Positions 1-10,915 are shown, counted from the first letter of the stretch. The stretch is 64,000 bases of DNA from Nitrosopumilus sp. (GCA_965249555.1 OZ252243.1:1024001-1088000), one strand, 5' to 3'. The notes: a model not told the origin generated them from the sequence alone. A program made the numbers and translations.

Positions 1-150
1 ATCTAATACCAAATAATTGAATTTTTGAGATATTTTCACTACTCTAGGCATGGCAAACAGCTCAAGTTCTGAGCTTTTGACTTGATGAACTTCTTAAAGA
101 ATTAACTAGTATAATACAAGATATTTCTTATAATTAGAAGGTGATTTGTA

Positions 151-1485
151 ATACCTAATAATAAAAAAGTCAAAGAGTTTAGAGATCCATTACATGGATT
201 TATTGATGTAAATTCTTTCGAATTAAAAATTATAGATACTCCTGTTTTTCAAAGGCTTAGAAACATTAAGCAACTAAGTTTAGGACATCTAGTCTATCAC
301 GGAGCTGAACATTCAAGATTTGGTCACATGCTTGGTGCGATGTATCTAGCTGGAAGGGCATTTGATTCATTGGAAACTAATACAAACAATCTAGGAGAAA
401 AATTTGATGCTGATGAAACTGATCGGCAAACCATTAGAATTGCTGCGTTATTGCATGATGTTGGTCATGCACCATTTTCACATTCTTTAGAAACTTTATT
501 GAATGCAAGCCATGAAGATTATTCAAATGCATTAATTGATAATTATTTTACACCATTTATTGAAGAAGCAAAAGTAGACATTCAAACTGTAAAAAACTTG
601 ATATCTGGAGATCCTTATCCCAAAAAACCATATCTTAGTCATATTGTTAATGGACAGCTAGACGTTGATAGACTAGATTATCTATTAAGAGATTCTCACT
701 ATACTGGAGTTTGGTATGGAGAATTTGATCTAGACAGAATTATTGAACAACTCTGTGTGGTTGATAAAAGATTTGTTGTTAAACAAGGAGGATTTGAATC
801 AGTAGAACAGCTTATTGTAGCAAGACATCACATGTATCAAGGTGTTTACTTTCATAAAACAAAACGTGCTTTTGAATTAATGTTATGGAAATGTTCAGAG
901 ATTTTAAGGAATAAAGGAATTATATCATATCCTAAAATTGAAGAATTGAACACCAAAGAAGTTTGCGATAAATTTGTAAAATATGATGATAATTGGTTTT
1001 TAAATCTATTATATCAAGAAGATAATCCAGAGGAAGTACAAACAATTGCAAAAATGATAAGAAATCGAATACCTTATCTTGAAACCTATTCCCCATTGAC
1101 GTATAGGAAAGAATCAGACTCTATTTTACAAATGCCTGATGATTCAATCAAACAATTAGAACCAATACAAACACATCTTCTAAAGAAAAGTGAATCACTT
1201 GGAATAAAAGAACATGAATTACTCACAGATGATCTATCTCGAGCTCCATACAATTTAATGCCTAATTATCCAATCTCTAATGAAGCAGAGCCAGAAGGAA
1301 ACACCATTCAAATCTATTATAAAAACAACAAATTGATTGAACCAATTGAAAAGCGCTCAAAATTAATACATACGCTAGGTGGAAATAGACCTCTTATGAT
1401 TAGAGGATTTGTAATACCTGAAAAATACAATATAATAAGAGAGTTCCTAAAAAGCAACTACGATTATTCTTTACCTGATCGTTAA
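151..1485 (+). CDS. HD-domain phosphohydrolase, SAMHD1/YwfO-like dNTP triphosphohydrolase family
   Basis: Frame is open upstream of the track start (328) back to the stop at 142-144 and encodes the family N-terminus FRDPLHG..TPVFQRLRNIKQL..HSRFGH. Also LLHDVGHAPFSH, DVDRLDYLLRD and VYFHK. Start inferred at ATA 151, behind GAAGGTGA (137-144). Confidence 0.85.
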   Translation: MPNNKKVKEFRDPLHGFIDVNSFELKIIDTPVFQRLRNIKQLSLGHLVYHGAEHSRFGHMLGAMYLAGRAFDSLETNTNNLGEKFDADETDRQTIRIAALLHDVGHAPFSHSLETLLNASHEDYSNALIDNYFTPFIEEAKVDIQTVKNLISGDPYPKKPYLSHIVNGQLDVDRLDYLLRDSHYTGVWYGEFDLDRIIEQLCVVDKRFVVKQGGFESVEQLIVARHHMYQGVYFHKTKRAFELMLWKCSEILRNKGIISYPKIEELNTKEVCDKFVKYDDNWFLNLLYQEDNPEEVQTIAKMIRNRIPYLETYSPLTYRKESDSILQMPDDSIKQLEPIQTHLLKKSESLGIKEHELLTDDLSRAPYNLMPNYPISNEAEPEGNTIQIYYKNNKLIEPIEKRSKLIHTLGGNRPLMIRGFVIPEKYNIIREFLKSNYDYSLPDR

Positions 1486-1546
1486 TGAAAAATAATTGTA
1501 AATATTTAAGATCAAGTATATCTATCTATATTCATGGTGGAGATGG

Positions 1547-2113
1547 ATGGATTTGCAATTAGTTTCAAAAAATAATATTGCATTATTATTAATTAAAAAA
1601 GCCTCAGAAATTGAAGGGTTAACACCTGGAATAAAAGGGAAGAAAGCCTTCCAAAAAAGTCTATATTTTTTAAATCAACACCACAATATTTTTAAATTTG
1701 GATGGGGAGATTATGGCCCATTATGCGCCGAAATTCAACAAATTGCTGAAGATCTAAAAGCAAACGGAAAAATCATCGTAAAAGAAATTACTACAAGAAA
1801 AGAAGGGGCAATAATTCTAAACATGACTTTTTCTCAAGAAAACAATACTCATTTTTCAGAAATAGAATTTCCATCGGATTTAGAAAAATTAATTGCAAAA
1901 GTAACTAAATTTCTAAGTAGCTACGAACCACGAGATCTTGAGTTGTTAGCTTCAGTACATTATTGGGCAAAGAAAGAACAGTTTTTCACAGATAAATATA
2001 CTGTTGAATACATTTACAAAAAGCTTTTTGAGTTAAAACCAGATGCAGTATTTACTGAAAAAGATGTTAAAGAAGCTCTAACCACTTTAGAATCTCAAGA
2101 GTATCTACATTAG
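1547..2113 (+). CDS. YwgA/Panacea(DUF4065)/DarG-C-like winged-helix protein, probable partner of the HD hydrolase
   Basis: Motif pattern QKSLYFL...F...YGP...LELLASVHY; co-oriented, 61 bp after the HD gene. Confidence 0.6.
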   Translation: MDLQLVSKNNIALLLIKKASEIEGLTPGIKGKKAFQKSLYFLNQHHNIFKFGWGDYGPLCAEIQQIAEDLKANGKIIVKEITTRKEGAIILNMTFSQENNTHFSEIEFPSDLEKLIAKVTKFLSSYEPRDLELLASVHYWAKKEQFFTDKYTVEYIYKKLFELKPDAVFTEKDVKEALTTLESQEYLH

Positions 2114-2189
2114 TTATTTAATGAGTTTTGTAAATCAGGAATTAATTATATTTTCATATCTACTGATATCAAAACAATCACCAAAAACC

Positions 2190-2208
2190 TTCAAATCCTG
2201 CCGGTACA
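2190..2208 (+). other. tRNA 3'-end-like remnant, possible att site
   Basis: TTCAAATCCTGCCGGT resembles T-loop + 3' T-stem + start of the 3' acceptor strand, with no 5' half. Lies at the accessory/core junction. Confidence 0.35.
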
Positions 2209-2222
2209 ATCCTAAATGATCT

Positions 2223-3004
2223 TCATAACACTTTATGATGTTTGTATAATGCATAAATGATTAGCATGAATGATATCATCCACAGTGTTTTGATTGGAGA
2301 ATTATGAGTATATGCCTCAATTGTTTCTAAATAATAATACGCAGAATCAGCTACCACCCAAAATAAGATTCCAATTAACAACAATAACCATGTAGATTTG
2401 AGAACCGAAGTTCGAAAAACACTTGCCCCAACAACTACAAGTGCTAACATTACTGATGCCCCAATAACAAACAGATTGCTATAGACTATGTCAAAAACAA
2501 GTCCATCATATTCTCCCCAAGAGTCATAAGCAGTAATTGTAAAAATAAAAACTGCAATAATTGGAATTACAACAATTGGAGCTTTCATTGAGTTGGACCA
2601 TTTTGGTTTAAAGTATTTTGTGTTAAGACCTAGATGTAAGATTGCAAAAACATAGTTTGCAAGAAAACCTACATCAAATGGAGATGGCCAAGGATCAATT
2701 TCTAATACAAGTTCATTATAATAATATCCAACATCTGCTATAAACCACGCAAAAAATCCCAATCCCAAAAACAGATATGCTTTTTCAAGCATTGCAGAAC
2801 CATGATATTTTTTGGCAACTAAAATGGAGTATATTCCACAACCTGCAATTCCTGCTAAATAGATCCCATCTTTAATATCAAAGTATGAGCCATCAAAAAA
2901 ATACAAATTATATACAATATCGACTACAGACAGAGATGCAATTATGGCAATGACCTTGTAGTTATTCTTGTTGGAAGTTTAGTAATGGCATCTGTACTAG
3001 TCAT
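2223..3004 (-). pseudogene. Multi-pass membrane protein (sensor-like TM domain), frameshifted near the 5' end
   Basis: ATG 3004 gives MTSTDAITKLPTRI, then a stop. The 227-aa track frame is open upstream as NYKVIAIIASLSVVDIV. One added base at about 2962 joins them. Confidence 0.6.
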
Positions 3005-3057
3005 TTTAGGATCATGTGAATATATCCTATAAAAATATAGTAAATCCTATTGATCCT

Positions 3058-3819
3058 TTACAATTTTAGAATTTTTAATAGTTTTTCAAAATTTACTCGT
3101 GTCTTTTCTTGTTTGTATTGTTTTAAGATCTTGATAATTTTCTCTTTAGGTGGATTTTTGTAGATTTTTTGAGTTTTTTTTGCAATCCCTGATCCAATAA
3201 AAATTGCTTGAGTAACTGATGTAACATTTGATGATCTTCTTTTAGTGCTAGAACTTTCAAAATCAATTAAGGTGGATTTTGTTTTTCCTACAATGACATG
3301 TTTTGAAACATTGCTTAATTCACCATGATCCAAACTTATCTGATCCAGTCTATAACAGTCTTCTAAAACATTTCTGATTGTAGATTTTAATTTCTTTGCA
3401 CTACCTATTCCTTTTAACGCATTTACCCATTGTCTAATATCAATCCCTTCAAGATATTCCATAACTAAGAAATTTTTACTTACAACATACATTTTTGGTC
3501 CAACATTTACTGAATTTGCTAATTTTAGTAATATTGCTTCATTTTGCATTTCATTTCTTTGCGAATCTGTTCGTCTAATTTTTAATGCAACCTGCTTGCT
3601 TCCTTTTTTTGCTAGAACTACAACTCCAACGTATCCTTTTCCTAAAATTGCTAAATTTCCAAGTGTAGTAGAACCTGTAAATGAAACTGACTTTATTTTT
3701 AATTTCTCTAATTCATTAATTCTTGATCTAATTTGTCTACTGGTAGCTTTTGGATATCCAAGAATATTTGAGTATGGCTCATCCGCAAATTTCTTAATTG
3801 AAATGAAGGAGTGTGCCAT
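3058..3819 (-). CDS. RIO-like Ser/Thr protein kinase
   Basis: LGKGYVGVV glycine loop, VALK, HGELS catalytic-loop variant, IDFE. Confidence 0.85.
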   Translation of the reverse strand: MAHSFISIKKFADEPYSNILGYPKATSRQIRSRINELEKLKIKSVSFTGSTTLGNLAILGKGYVGVVVLAKKGSKQVALKIRRTDSQRNEMQNEAILLKLANSVNVGPKMYVVSKNFLVMEYLEGIDIRQWVNALKGIGSAKKLKSTIRNVLEDCYRLDQISLDHGELSNVSKHVIVGKTKSTLIDFESSSTKRRSSNVTSVTQAIFIGSGIAKKTQKIYKNPPKEKIIKILKQYKQEKTRVNFEKLLKILKL

Positions 3820-5125
3820 CTGTTGAAATCAACTCACTTGCAGCCTCTTTAATTGATTTGCTTAAATTTTTGTTTCCTACTGAAACCTTGAAACCTCGTT
3901 TGAAATCACTTTGAAGACCTTTTGGTATGTCTGTTCTAAGATTATTTTTCAAAAATTCTATCATGAATCTGACTGCTTCAGTATGTTTTCTTTTTTCTAA
4001 TGAAATTATTTTTTTATTCTTTCCAATCCACATTAATTCCGTATTTACAATATTTTTAGAAATAAAACTCTTGGAACTATTTTCTCTAAAATATTCTGGT
4101 CCATTTTTTTGATACATTTTTGAAATTTTTGTAGATTCTAGCAAGAAAAAGAGATAGACTTCTTTTTGTTGGTCTGTATGGGGCTTACTTCTTAGTACGT
4201 CAAATCCACCTAATTCTAATTGAGTAGACAATGATGAAGTGGCTCTTTTAATTTGCCCCCATATTATATCTGGGCTTCTAATTTTAAAGTCAAATTTTAT
4301 TACCAACAAATTTTCCCAATGTTTCCTTGAAACTGTTGATTTTTTGTACTTGAAGAATCCTATTGTAGGTTTTTCTTTAAAAGCTCTAGAAACAAGAATA
4401 AATTTTCCAAGATTTTCATCAGAAATTGCAGCAGCTAAATTTCTATTACTATCAATTGGATCTATAATCACTATTGATGTTCCAAATTTCTTTGAAGTCT
4501 TTCCAATAATTTGATTTTCTTTAATTCCTGATATTGATTTAATTACATTTTCAAAACTTCCAAAATTTAAGATTAAAACTTCTGAAACATAACTACTAAA
4601 TCCTTGTTTTGCAATTTCAGATCCGTAAATTTTATTTGATTTGAAAAATGTTTTTAGAATTCTAACATCGTTTCTCATTTTAGATGTTAGTGATTTTTCC
4701 ATGAGTTTTGTATGAAATGGAGATCTATCAGCAGCACTCTTCCACTCTCCAATTTTTACATCATAAAATGGTACAACATTGATCTTTGTGTTCTTAATTT
4801 TAGCCTCAACATATGGATGCTCAGAATATCTAACATATGGAGAATATTTTTTCAATGATTCAAAACCAATTTTTTTTGAGATCTTTTCAAATTTTTCTTC
4901 TGATGTAGATTTCTTGAATCTGATAAAAATATCTACATCTGCATCTTTTGATAACCAAGTACCTTTTGCAAATGAACCACCAAATTCTAATCCTATAATT
5001 TCTGTAAATTTTTCAATTTCTTTTTTAACTAAGCTAAATGCTAGTTCAGCAATTTGTTTTTTTGAGTTTTCTATTGTTTTTGATGGAATGACAGACTTGG
5101 AAATTTTAGAAATAATTTGTTTCAT
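3794..5125 (-). CDS. cca: CCA-adding tRNA nucleotidyltransferase (archaeal class I)
   Basis: GSFAKGTWL..DADVDIF, YSEHPYV, SAADRSPFHT, DPIDSNRNLAAA. Confidence 0.95.
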   Translation of the reverse strand: MKQIISKISKSVIPSKTIENSKKQIAELAFSLVKKEIEKFTEIIGLEFGGSFAKGTWLSKDADVDIFIRFKKSTSEEKFEKISKKIGFESLKKYSPYVRYSEHPYVEAKIKNTKINVVPFYDVKIGEWKSAADRSPFHTKLMEKSLTSKMRNDVRILKTFFKSNKIYGSEIAKQGFSSYVSEVLILNFGSFENVIKSISGIKENQIIGKTSKKFGTSIVIIDPIDSNRNLAAAISDENLGKFILVSRAFKEKPTIGFFKYKKSTVSRKHWENLLVIKFDFKIRSPDIIWGQIKRATSSLSTQLELGGFDVLRSKPHTDQQKEVYLFFLLESTKISKMYQKNGPEYFRENSSKSFISKNIVNTELMWIGKNKKIISLEKRKHTEAVRFMIEFLKNNLRTDIPKGLQSDFKRGFKVSVGNKNLSKSIKEAASELISTDGTLLHFN

Positions 5126-5664
5126 TTTACTGCATTAATCTCCTCTAAATCAGAATAGATTGGTCCATTTGATGTAAGTTCACTTTTTTTCAATTTGATA
5201 CTAGTTACTTTTTGTATTCCAAAATCTATCATTTTTTGACTATCCAATTCTTCTGTTATATCTCCTACCTTCTTTTTAATTCTAAATACTGTGATATGAG
5301 GTTTGAATGGCTTATCTGAAAAAAATCCTAATGGTTCTAACACTTTTTCAACTTTTTTTGATAACTGAATTAACATGTTTCCTCCATTGTCGTCTGTTCC
5401 AATCCAAATCACTCTTGGAAATTTAGGTTTGGGAAATGCACCTGTTCCTTTCAAGTTTACACTAAAACTTGAAAATTCAATCTTACGAAGGGCTTGGATA
5501 ACTTTTTGTAAGATCTCCTCTGAAATTTCACCTAAAAATTGTAATGTAAAATGAAAATTTTTTGATTCTACGGGTTTAGCATCAATGTTAATTTTAGTTT
5601 GAAATTTTTTTATGGAATTGATAATATCCTCATTTGAGATTTCAATTGCTACAAAAGTTCGCAT
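5122..5664 (-). CDS. thpR: RNA 2',3'-cyclic phosphodiesterase (2H family)
   Basis: MRTFVAI start, two HxT motifs (HFTL, HITV), GPIY; adjacent to cca. Confidence 0.92.
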   Translation of the reverse strand: MRTFVAIEISNEDIINSIKKFQTKINIDAKPVESKNFHFTLQFLGEISEEILQKVIQALRKIEFSSFSVNLKGTGAFPKPKFPRVIWIGTDDNGGNMLIQLSKKVEKVLEPLGFFSDKPFKPHITVFRIKKKVGDITEELDSQKMIDFGIQKVTSIKLKKSELTSNGPIYSDLEEINAVK

Positions 5665-5736
5665 TATATCATTTTTTGAAGTATCTTTATAATAATTTCC
5701 GGTAGCTTCATAGACGAGACTCTTTTTTGATATGTA

Positions 5737-6285
5737 TTGACAAAACTAATTGTATGTCTAACAGGCATGCCTGGTGCTGGCAAATCTACTATTGCTGAAG
5801 GATTGAAACCAAAAGGATATGACATTATCAATATGGGGAATGCTGTTAGAGAAGAAGCAAAAAAAAGAAACTTAGAATCAACCAGAAAAAATCTTGGAAA
5901 ACTAATGCTTGAGCTTAGAAAAAAAAATGGTCCTGGTGCAATAGCAGAATTAGTAAAACCCAAAATAGAATCCTCTACTACTAATGTGATACTAATTGAT
6001 GGAATTAGGTCTACTGATGAAATACAAGTCCTTAGAAAACTTGGTAGTGTAAAACTATTAGCAATTCATGCATCAACTGATACTAGATTTGATTTTTTAC
6101 AAAAAAGAGGAAGATCAGATGATCCTCAAACAAAAGACCACTTTGAAGAACGAGATAATCGCGAATTAGAAGTTGGAATTAGTAGTCCAATTGCACTATC
6201 TGATTATGCCATATCAAATATTGGTTTGACAAAAGACAAGTTAATAGAAACTGCCTTCAAAATTATTCAAAGTTGGATAGAATGA
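5737..6285 (+). CDS. P-loop nucleotide kinase (UPF0200 / dephospho-CoA-kinase-like)
   Basis: GMPGAGKST Walker A, DGIRS, RGRSDD. Confidence 0.8.
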   Translation: MTKLIVCLTGMPGAGKSTIAEGLKPKGYDIINMGNAVREEAKKRNLESTRKNLGKLMLELRKKNGPGAIAELVKPKIESSTTNVILIDGIRSTDEIQVLRKLGSVKLLAIHASTDTRFDFLQKRGRSDDPQTKDHFEERDNRELEVGISSPIALSDYAISNIGLTKDKLIETAFKIIQSWIE

Positions 6286-6689
6286 GAATTCCAAATATCA
6301 GTTGCAAAATAGAGATGTTTTGTTCAGTAAATCCTTCTGAGGATCCTAAAAAAATTAAAAAAGCAATTTCAAATATTTTTACATACTCAAATATAAAAAC
6401 CGAAATTTTTTCAGTTAGTGCTCAATCCAAAGATCTCAAGTCTTTAGAAAAGATTTACGAAACAGTTCACACTAAACAATCTCAAAAAATCTATCGACGT
6501 AATCTTGAAAAAAATTTAGAAAATTATACTACCTGGTTTTATCTAAATAAACAAGCAGCTTTTGTTGAAAAAATAGCAATTTGTGAAGAAGCAAACGAAT
6601 CTCCTTTAGGACCCATTAAAGTAATTCTCACTTCATCATATATTGATAGAATTATTGATTGGATTGTTTCTAGGGATGATGAAATTTAG
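6273..6689 (+). CDS. UPF0201 (DUF54) putative RNA-binding protein
   Basis: VNPSEDPKKI..NIF, LNKQAAFV, SPLGPI. Start may be ATG 6282. Confidence 0.8.
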   Translation: MDRMRIPNISCKIEMFCSVNPSEDPKKIKKAISNIFTYSNIKTEIFSVSAQSKDLKSLEKIYETVHTKQSQKIYRRNLEKNLENYTTWFYLNKQAAFVEKIAICEEANESPLGPIKVILTSSYIDRIIDWIVSRDDEI

Positions 6690-6762
6690 CTAAGAAAATT
6701 TAATCATTGTTGAATATTTTTTTAGTTTGAATCTAAAATCCTTTTTTTTGAATTAATATTAA

Positions 6763-7464
6763 ATGTTCATAAAATTAGGCATAATAGCTGGAATTGTAAT
6801 CTTGGGAGGTATGATATTCTCCACAGAAATTGGTAATATTTTTCCAACTACTTCTGCCACCATATTTGATTCTTTAATGGATGATGTAACAAACTTTGGT
6901 TCAAAAGCTTCAGATTCTGCAGACCAAAGAATTGATGAATCAATTGATCAAATAATGTATGAAACAAGTAATTCTATAACTAATGGAATTAGTAACGCTG
7001 GAGATACAATTACTAATGAAATATCTGAAGTAAAAGAATCATTTCAAAAAACCATTAGTGAAGAGATTTTAAATTTTAATCCTATTGAAGCTATTACAGA
7101 TATTTTCACAGGTGGTTCAAGTTCATCAACTACAAGTTAATCAACTACAAGTTCATCAATAGTATATGATACACTATCTTTGTCTACTAAACAACAACTA
7201 GATAACAATATTCTTCTTCAATATTCTGATTCAAGTGGGAAAACACAAAGTGTTACTGTTGTAATTAGAACTGAACAAAAAGAAATTTTTTCAGGCACAT
7301 TTTTTACTTCAATGTTTGAAACTACTGTAAATGATGCCACTGGAATTCCTTACTATGTAGATATGATTGTTGAACATGAAGATCATGGTACAATTACCTC
7401 ATCAGTATTTAATCCTGGGGATGATTCTGATACAAAAATTAATACCATATTTTCACAATCATAA
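6763..7464 (+). pseudogene. Membrane-anchored hypothetical protein split by an in-frame TAA (7138-7140)
   Basis: Track ORFs 6763-7140 and 7180-7464 share a frame. The stop is a TCA>TAA variant within a 15-nt tandem repeat. Confidence 0.75.
7118..7159 (+). repeat. 15-nt tandem repeat (CAAGTTCATCAACTA, about 2.8 copies), Ser/Thr linker
   Basis: Read directly; the second copy has C>A at 7139. Confidence 0.85.
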
Positions 7465-7465
7465 T

Positions 7466-8194
7466 TTAATTTTCTTTAAACATTGATACAAATTTAGGTA
7501 GTGTAACTGCACTTGTATCTCTTATAGCTAAATCCATCTCTGATGACATCTCAGTATTTTCTGGATTGACTTCTATCAATATTGCTTTATTTTGTTTTGC
7601 ATAGATTGGTAGTGTATTTGCAGGTGACACAACAAGAGATGTACCAGCAATTACCATCAAATCACATTCACTTGCAAAAATCATAGCTTTTTGCCATATT
7701 TCTTGTGGCAGAGATTCTCCAAACCAGACAACATCGGGTCTGAGTATATTCCCACATTTGCATAAGGGTGGAGTTTCAGAAAATTCAGTTATTATTTCAT
7801 CTTTATAATCACAGACTGTACACTTGATTTTTACAATACTTCCATGTAATTCCAACACTTCTGAGCTACCAGCCTTTTGATGAAGTCCATCAATATTTTG
7901 TGTTAATATCACAACTTGCACATATTTTTCAAGTTCAGCAATTGCTTTGTGACCAAGATTTGCTTGTGCAGCAAAGATATTTCTTCTTCTTTCATTATAC
8001 CACTCCCAAACCAATTTTGGATTATCATAAAACGCATCAATTGTTGCTAATTTCATTGCATCATAGTTTCTCCATAATCCATCTTTTCCTCTAAATGTGG
8101 GAATTCCACTTTCTTGTGATATTCCGGCACCTGTTACAAATACAATTTTTTTAATATCTTTAATGTGATCTTTGACTAGCTCAAACATTTTCAT
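7466..8194 (-). CDS. cobB: Sir2-family NAD-dependent protein deacylase
   Basis: [45 protein letters not shown]. Confidence 0.95.
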   Translation of the reverse strand: MKMFELVKDHIKDIKKIVFVTGAGISQESGIPTFRGKDGLWRNYDAMKLATIDAFYDNPKLVWEWYNERRRNIFAAQANLGHKAIAELEKYVQVVILTQNIDGLHQKAGSSEVLELHGSIVKIKCTVCDYKDEIITEFSETPPLCKCGNILRPDVVWFGESLPQEIWQKAMIFASECDLMVIAGTSLVVSPANTLPIYAKQNKAILIEVNPENTEMSSEMDLAIRDTSAVTLPKFVSMFKEN

Positions 8195-9090
8195 TTAATC
8201 TCTATTTCTAAAAGATCTCTTGCAGTTGTAACAGAATTATGAATTTCTTGTGCTTCTTTCAAATGTCCAACTTCATCTTTGTATCTAGCTGAAAAATGTG
8301 TTAGAACTAAATTTTTCACTTTTGCGTTTTTTCCTAAAATTGCGGCTTGTTTTGCAGTAGAATGACACGTATCTTCTGCTCTTTGTTTTTCTTCATCAAG
8401 AAATGTAGAATCAAATACCAGATAATCACATTCCTCAAAAAATTTTTCTAATTCTTTAGTTGGCATTGTATCACCTGAAATTCCTATTTTTTTACCTGGA
8501 CGTTTTTCTCCTAATACCTGATCTGGTCTTATTGTTTTTTCATTAATAATAATTTCATTTCCGTTTTGTAATTTATTCCACAATTCTCCTTCAGGTATAC
8601 CTAATTCCTTTGCTTTTTCAATATTGAATCTTCCAGGCTTATCTTTTTCTTCAAATAGATATGAAAATGCAGTAACTGAGTGATTTGCCTTGCATGCATA
8701 CATTGAAAATTTTTCATTCTCAAAAATTTCTCCTTCTTTGACAACAGTAATTAAAACAGGAAATGATAATCCAAAATTTAATATTTTTATGTTTGCTGCA
8801 ATGAATTCATCAATTCCACTTGGACCAAAAATCTCCAAAGCCTCAGTTCTGTTTTGCATAGACATTGTTTGTAATAATCCTAGAATCCCTATACAATGAT
8901 CTCCATGTAGATGTGTAACAAATATTTTCATTTTTTTATTCCATCCCAAACCTGATTTCATATAGGAAATTTGTGCAGCTTCTCCTGCATCAAACATTAA
9001 GATCTCTCCTTCTCTTTCTAAACAAATACAAGACAGTCCTCTGTTTTCAGTGGGTTGAGATGCTGATGTTCCTAAAAATACAAGTTTCAT
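8191..9090 (-). CDS. rnz: Ribonuclease Z
   Basis: THLHGDH metal motif, exosite arm, [15 protein letters not shown]. Confidence 0.95.
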   Translation of the reverse strand: MKLVFLGTSASQPTENRGLSCICLEREGEILMFDAGEAAQISYMKSGLGWNKKMKIFVTHLHGDHCIGILGLLQTMSMQNRTEALEIFGPSGIDEFIAANIKILNFGLSFPVLITVVKEGEIFENEKFSMYACKANHSVTAFSYLFEEKDKPGRFNIEKAKELGIPEGELWNKLQNGNEIIINEKTIRPDQVLGEKRPGKKIGISGDTMPTKELEKFFEECDYLVFDSTFLDEEKQRAEDTCHSTAKQAAILGKNAKVKNLVLTHFSARYKDEVGHLKEAQEIHNSVTTARDLLEIEIK

Positions 9091-10034
9091 TTAATCAAAA
9101 TTGTCCTTGTCAAGCTTTTATGCCTATAGATTTCATATTTTTTTAATCCATTTAACTTCAAATTTCTATCTAATTCTTTTTTGTACATAATTGCCATTCT
9201 CTTACGTCTGGGCATAATTGAGAAAAACTTCTTTAGGATCTCTTCGGGTTTTTCTGATGTTTTTGATGCTCTTCCATATGGTAAGTCAGTAACAATTCCA
9301 TCAAACTTTCCAGAAAGTTTTGACAATTCTTGAAAGTCTGACTTGAAAACCTTTGATTTATACCCATTTACCTTGAGGTTTTCCTTTGAAATCTCATACA
9401 TTTTTTCGTCAAAATCTAATCCAATTGCATGGATGCCCATAGATTCAGCCTCTAAAAGTGTTGTACCAGTACCGCAAAATGGATCACAAACAGTTTCTCC
9501 TTCTTTTAACCCAATCAAGTTTATCATAACTCTTGTCAGCTTCCAATCCAATTCATGAGGATATTTTTTGATTTTTTTTGGTCTAGTTTTTTCTTTAATT
9601 CGCTTTGAGAATCCAAAAAAATTCTCATTATCTGTAAAAATTAAATATATTGTAATATCCGGATCTTCCAATTCTACTTTTACATGAGAGAATTTTGATA
9701 TCATATCGCCCATAGAGCTTTCTAATTCTGGAATATTGAATTGTTTTGATGATAAATTGATTATTCTGCAAACAAAGGTTTTTGCATTTTTTAGCACTTC
9801 TAAATTATCTTCATTTAAAAATAATCCTGACATCTTTCGTAATATCTGTCCAGAAACTTTAACAAATGAAGCACGTTTTGCAATTTCATTCCAACTTGTT
9901 TTTGATTGAATAATTACCAAATTAGAAATCACTTTAACTTTAGAAAATCTATCGTACATTTTTGATAATGCAATTATTTCATCACTTGCAAGTTCTAGAT
10001 AATCTTTAGATAAAATAAAAAAACTTTCTGGCAT
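9087..10034 (-). CDS. THUMP-type tRNA methyltransferase (Trm11/TrmG10-like)
   Basis: [21 protein letters not shown]. Confidence 0.8.
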   Translation of the reverse strand: MPESFFILSKDYLELASDEIIALSKMYDRFSKVKVISNLVIIQSKTSWNEIAKRASFVKVSGQILRKMSGLFLNEDNLEVLKNAKTFVCRIINLSSKQFNIPELESSMGDMISKFSHVKVELEDPDITIYLIFTDNENFFGFSKRIKEKTRPKKIKKYPHELDWKLTRVMINLIGLKEGETVCDPFCGTGTTLLEAESMGIHAIGLDFDEKMYEISKENLKVNGYKSKVFKSDFQELSKLSGKFDGIVTDLPYGRASKTSEKPEEILKKFFSIMPRRKRMAIMYKKELDRNLKLNGLKKYEIYRHKSLTRTILIK

Positions 10035-10915
10035 TATATTATTGCCTTTGCAATTGTATTGGAAACATCAACAACTGATGTTTTTCCTGGAATTGTATTT
10101 GTACTAACAATACTTGTAACTCCTGCTTTTCTTATCTTCTTTTCTGCACCATTCATTAAAAGAGCATGTGTACATGCAACATACATTTTTTTACATTTTT
10201 GTTTTTTAAGAAATTGTGTAGCCTTGATGATACTTCCTCCGGTGCTTATCATATCATCAACTAAAATGAGATCTCTGTTAGTAACTTTGTCCGAATTTTT
10301 TGTTTTAATTTTCACTTTGCCTGTTTTTTTGTCTCTTTTTTTCTCTAGAGCAATATATTCTGATTCAAATTCTTTTGCAAATTCCTTCGCTCTATTTTTT
10401 CCTCCTTGATCAGGAGAGACAACTAAAGGATTTTTTAGGCTCAATTTCTTGAAATATTTCACCAGATCTGGAATTGCAGTAACGTTCTTTGATTTTATAG
10501 TAAAATGCTTGAGACCCATTACACTGTGAATATCAACAGCAATTATTTTCGATGCACCAACTCCTTTAAACAATTTTGCAAGAACTTTCATCGTAATAAT
10601 TTCACCTGGCAAAAATTCTCTGTCTTGTCTTGCATATCCCATATATGGAATTACAGCAATTACTTCTGATGATATTTCTTTAGCTTTTGAAATTAATGAT
10701 AATGCTTGAACTAGATTTGTATCAACAGGGGGGTAAATTGACTGTACAACAACAGATTTTCTTTTAGATAAATTTCCTCTAAGAATAATTTTACTTTCTC
10801 CATCAGGAAAAACCCTAACTTCTGATTTTACAAGATTTGCTTTTAGTTTTTTTGATAATCTTTTGGCTAGATCTTCTGAAGATTTTCCTGAAATTATTGA
10901 TATCTTACTCAACAA
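10034..10915 (-). CDS. prs: Ribose-phosphate pyrophosphokinase
   Basis: FPDGE, PYMGYARQD, VDDMISTGGS PRPP motif. Confidence 0.95.
   Translation of the reverse strand: MLSKISIISGKSSEDLAKRLSKKLKANLVKSEVRVFPDGESKIILRGNLSKRKSVVVQSIYPPVDTNLVQALSLISKAKEISSEVIAVIPYMGYARQDREFLPGEIITMKVLAKLFKGVGASKIIAVDIHSVMGLKHFTIKSKNVTAIPDLVKYFKKLSLKNPLVVSPDQGGKNRAKEFAKEFESEYIALEKKRDKKTGKVKIKTKNSDKVTNRDLILVDDMISTGGSIIKATQFLKKQKCKKMYVACTHALLMNGAEKKIRKAGVTSIVSTNTIPGKTSVVDVSNTIAKAII

Noticed and set aside
1-51. Minus-strand ORF start MPRVVKISQKFNYLVLD running off the left edge (PIN-like LVLD)
   Set aside because: Only 17 codons visible; cannot be supported without the flanking sequence.
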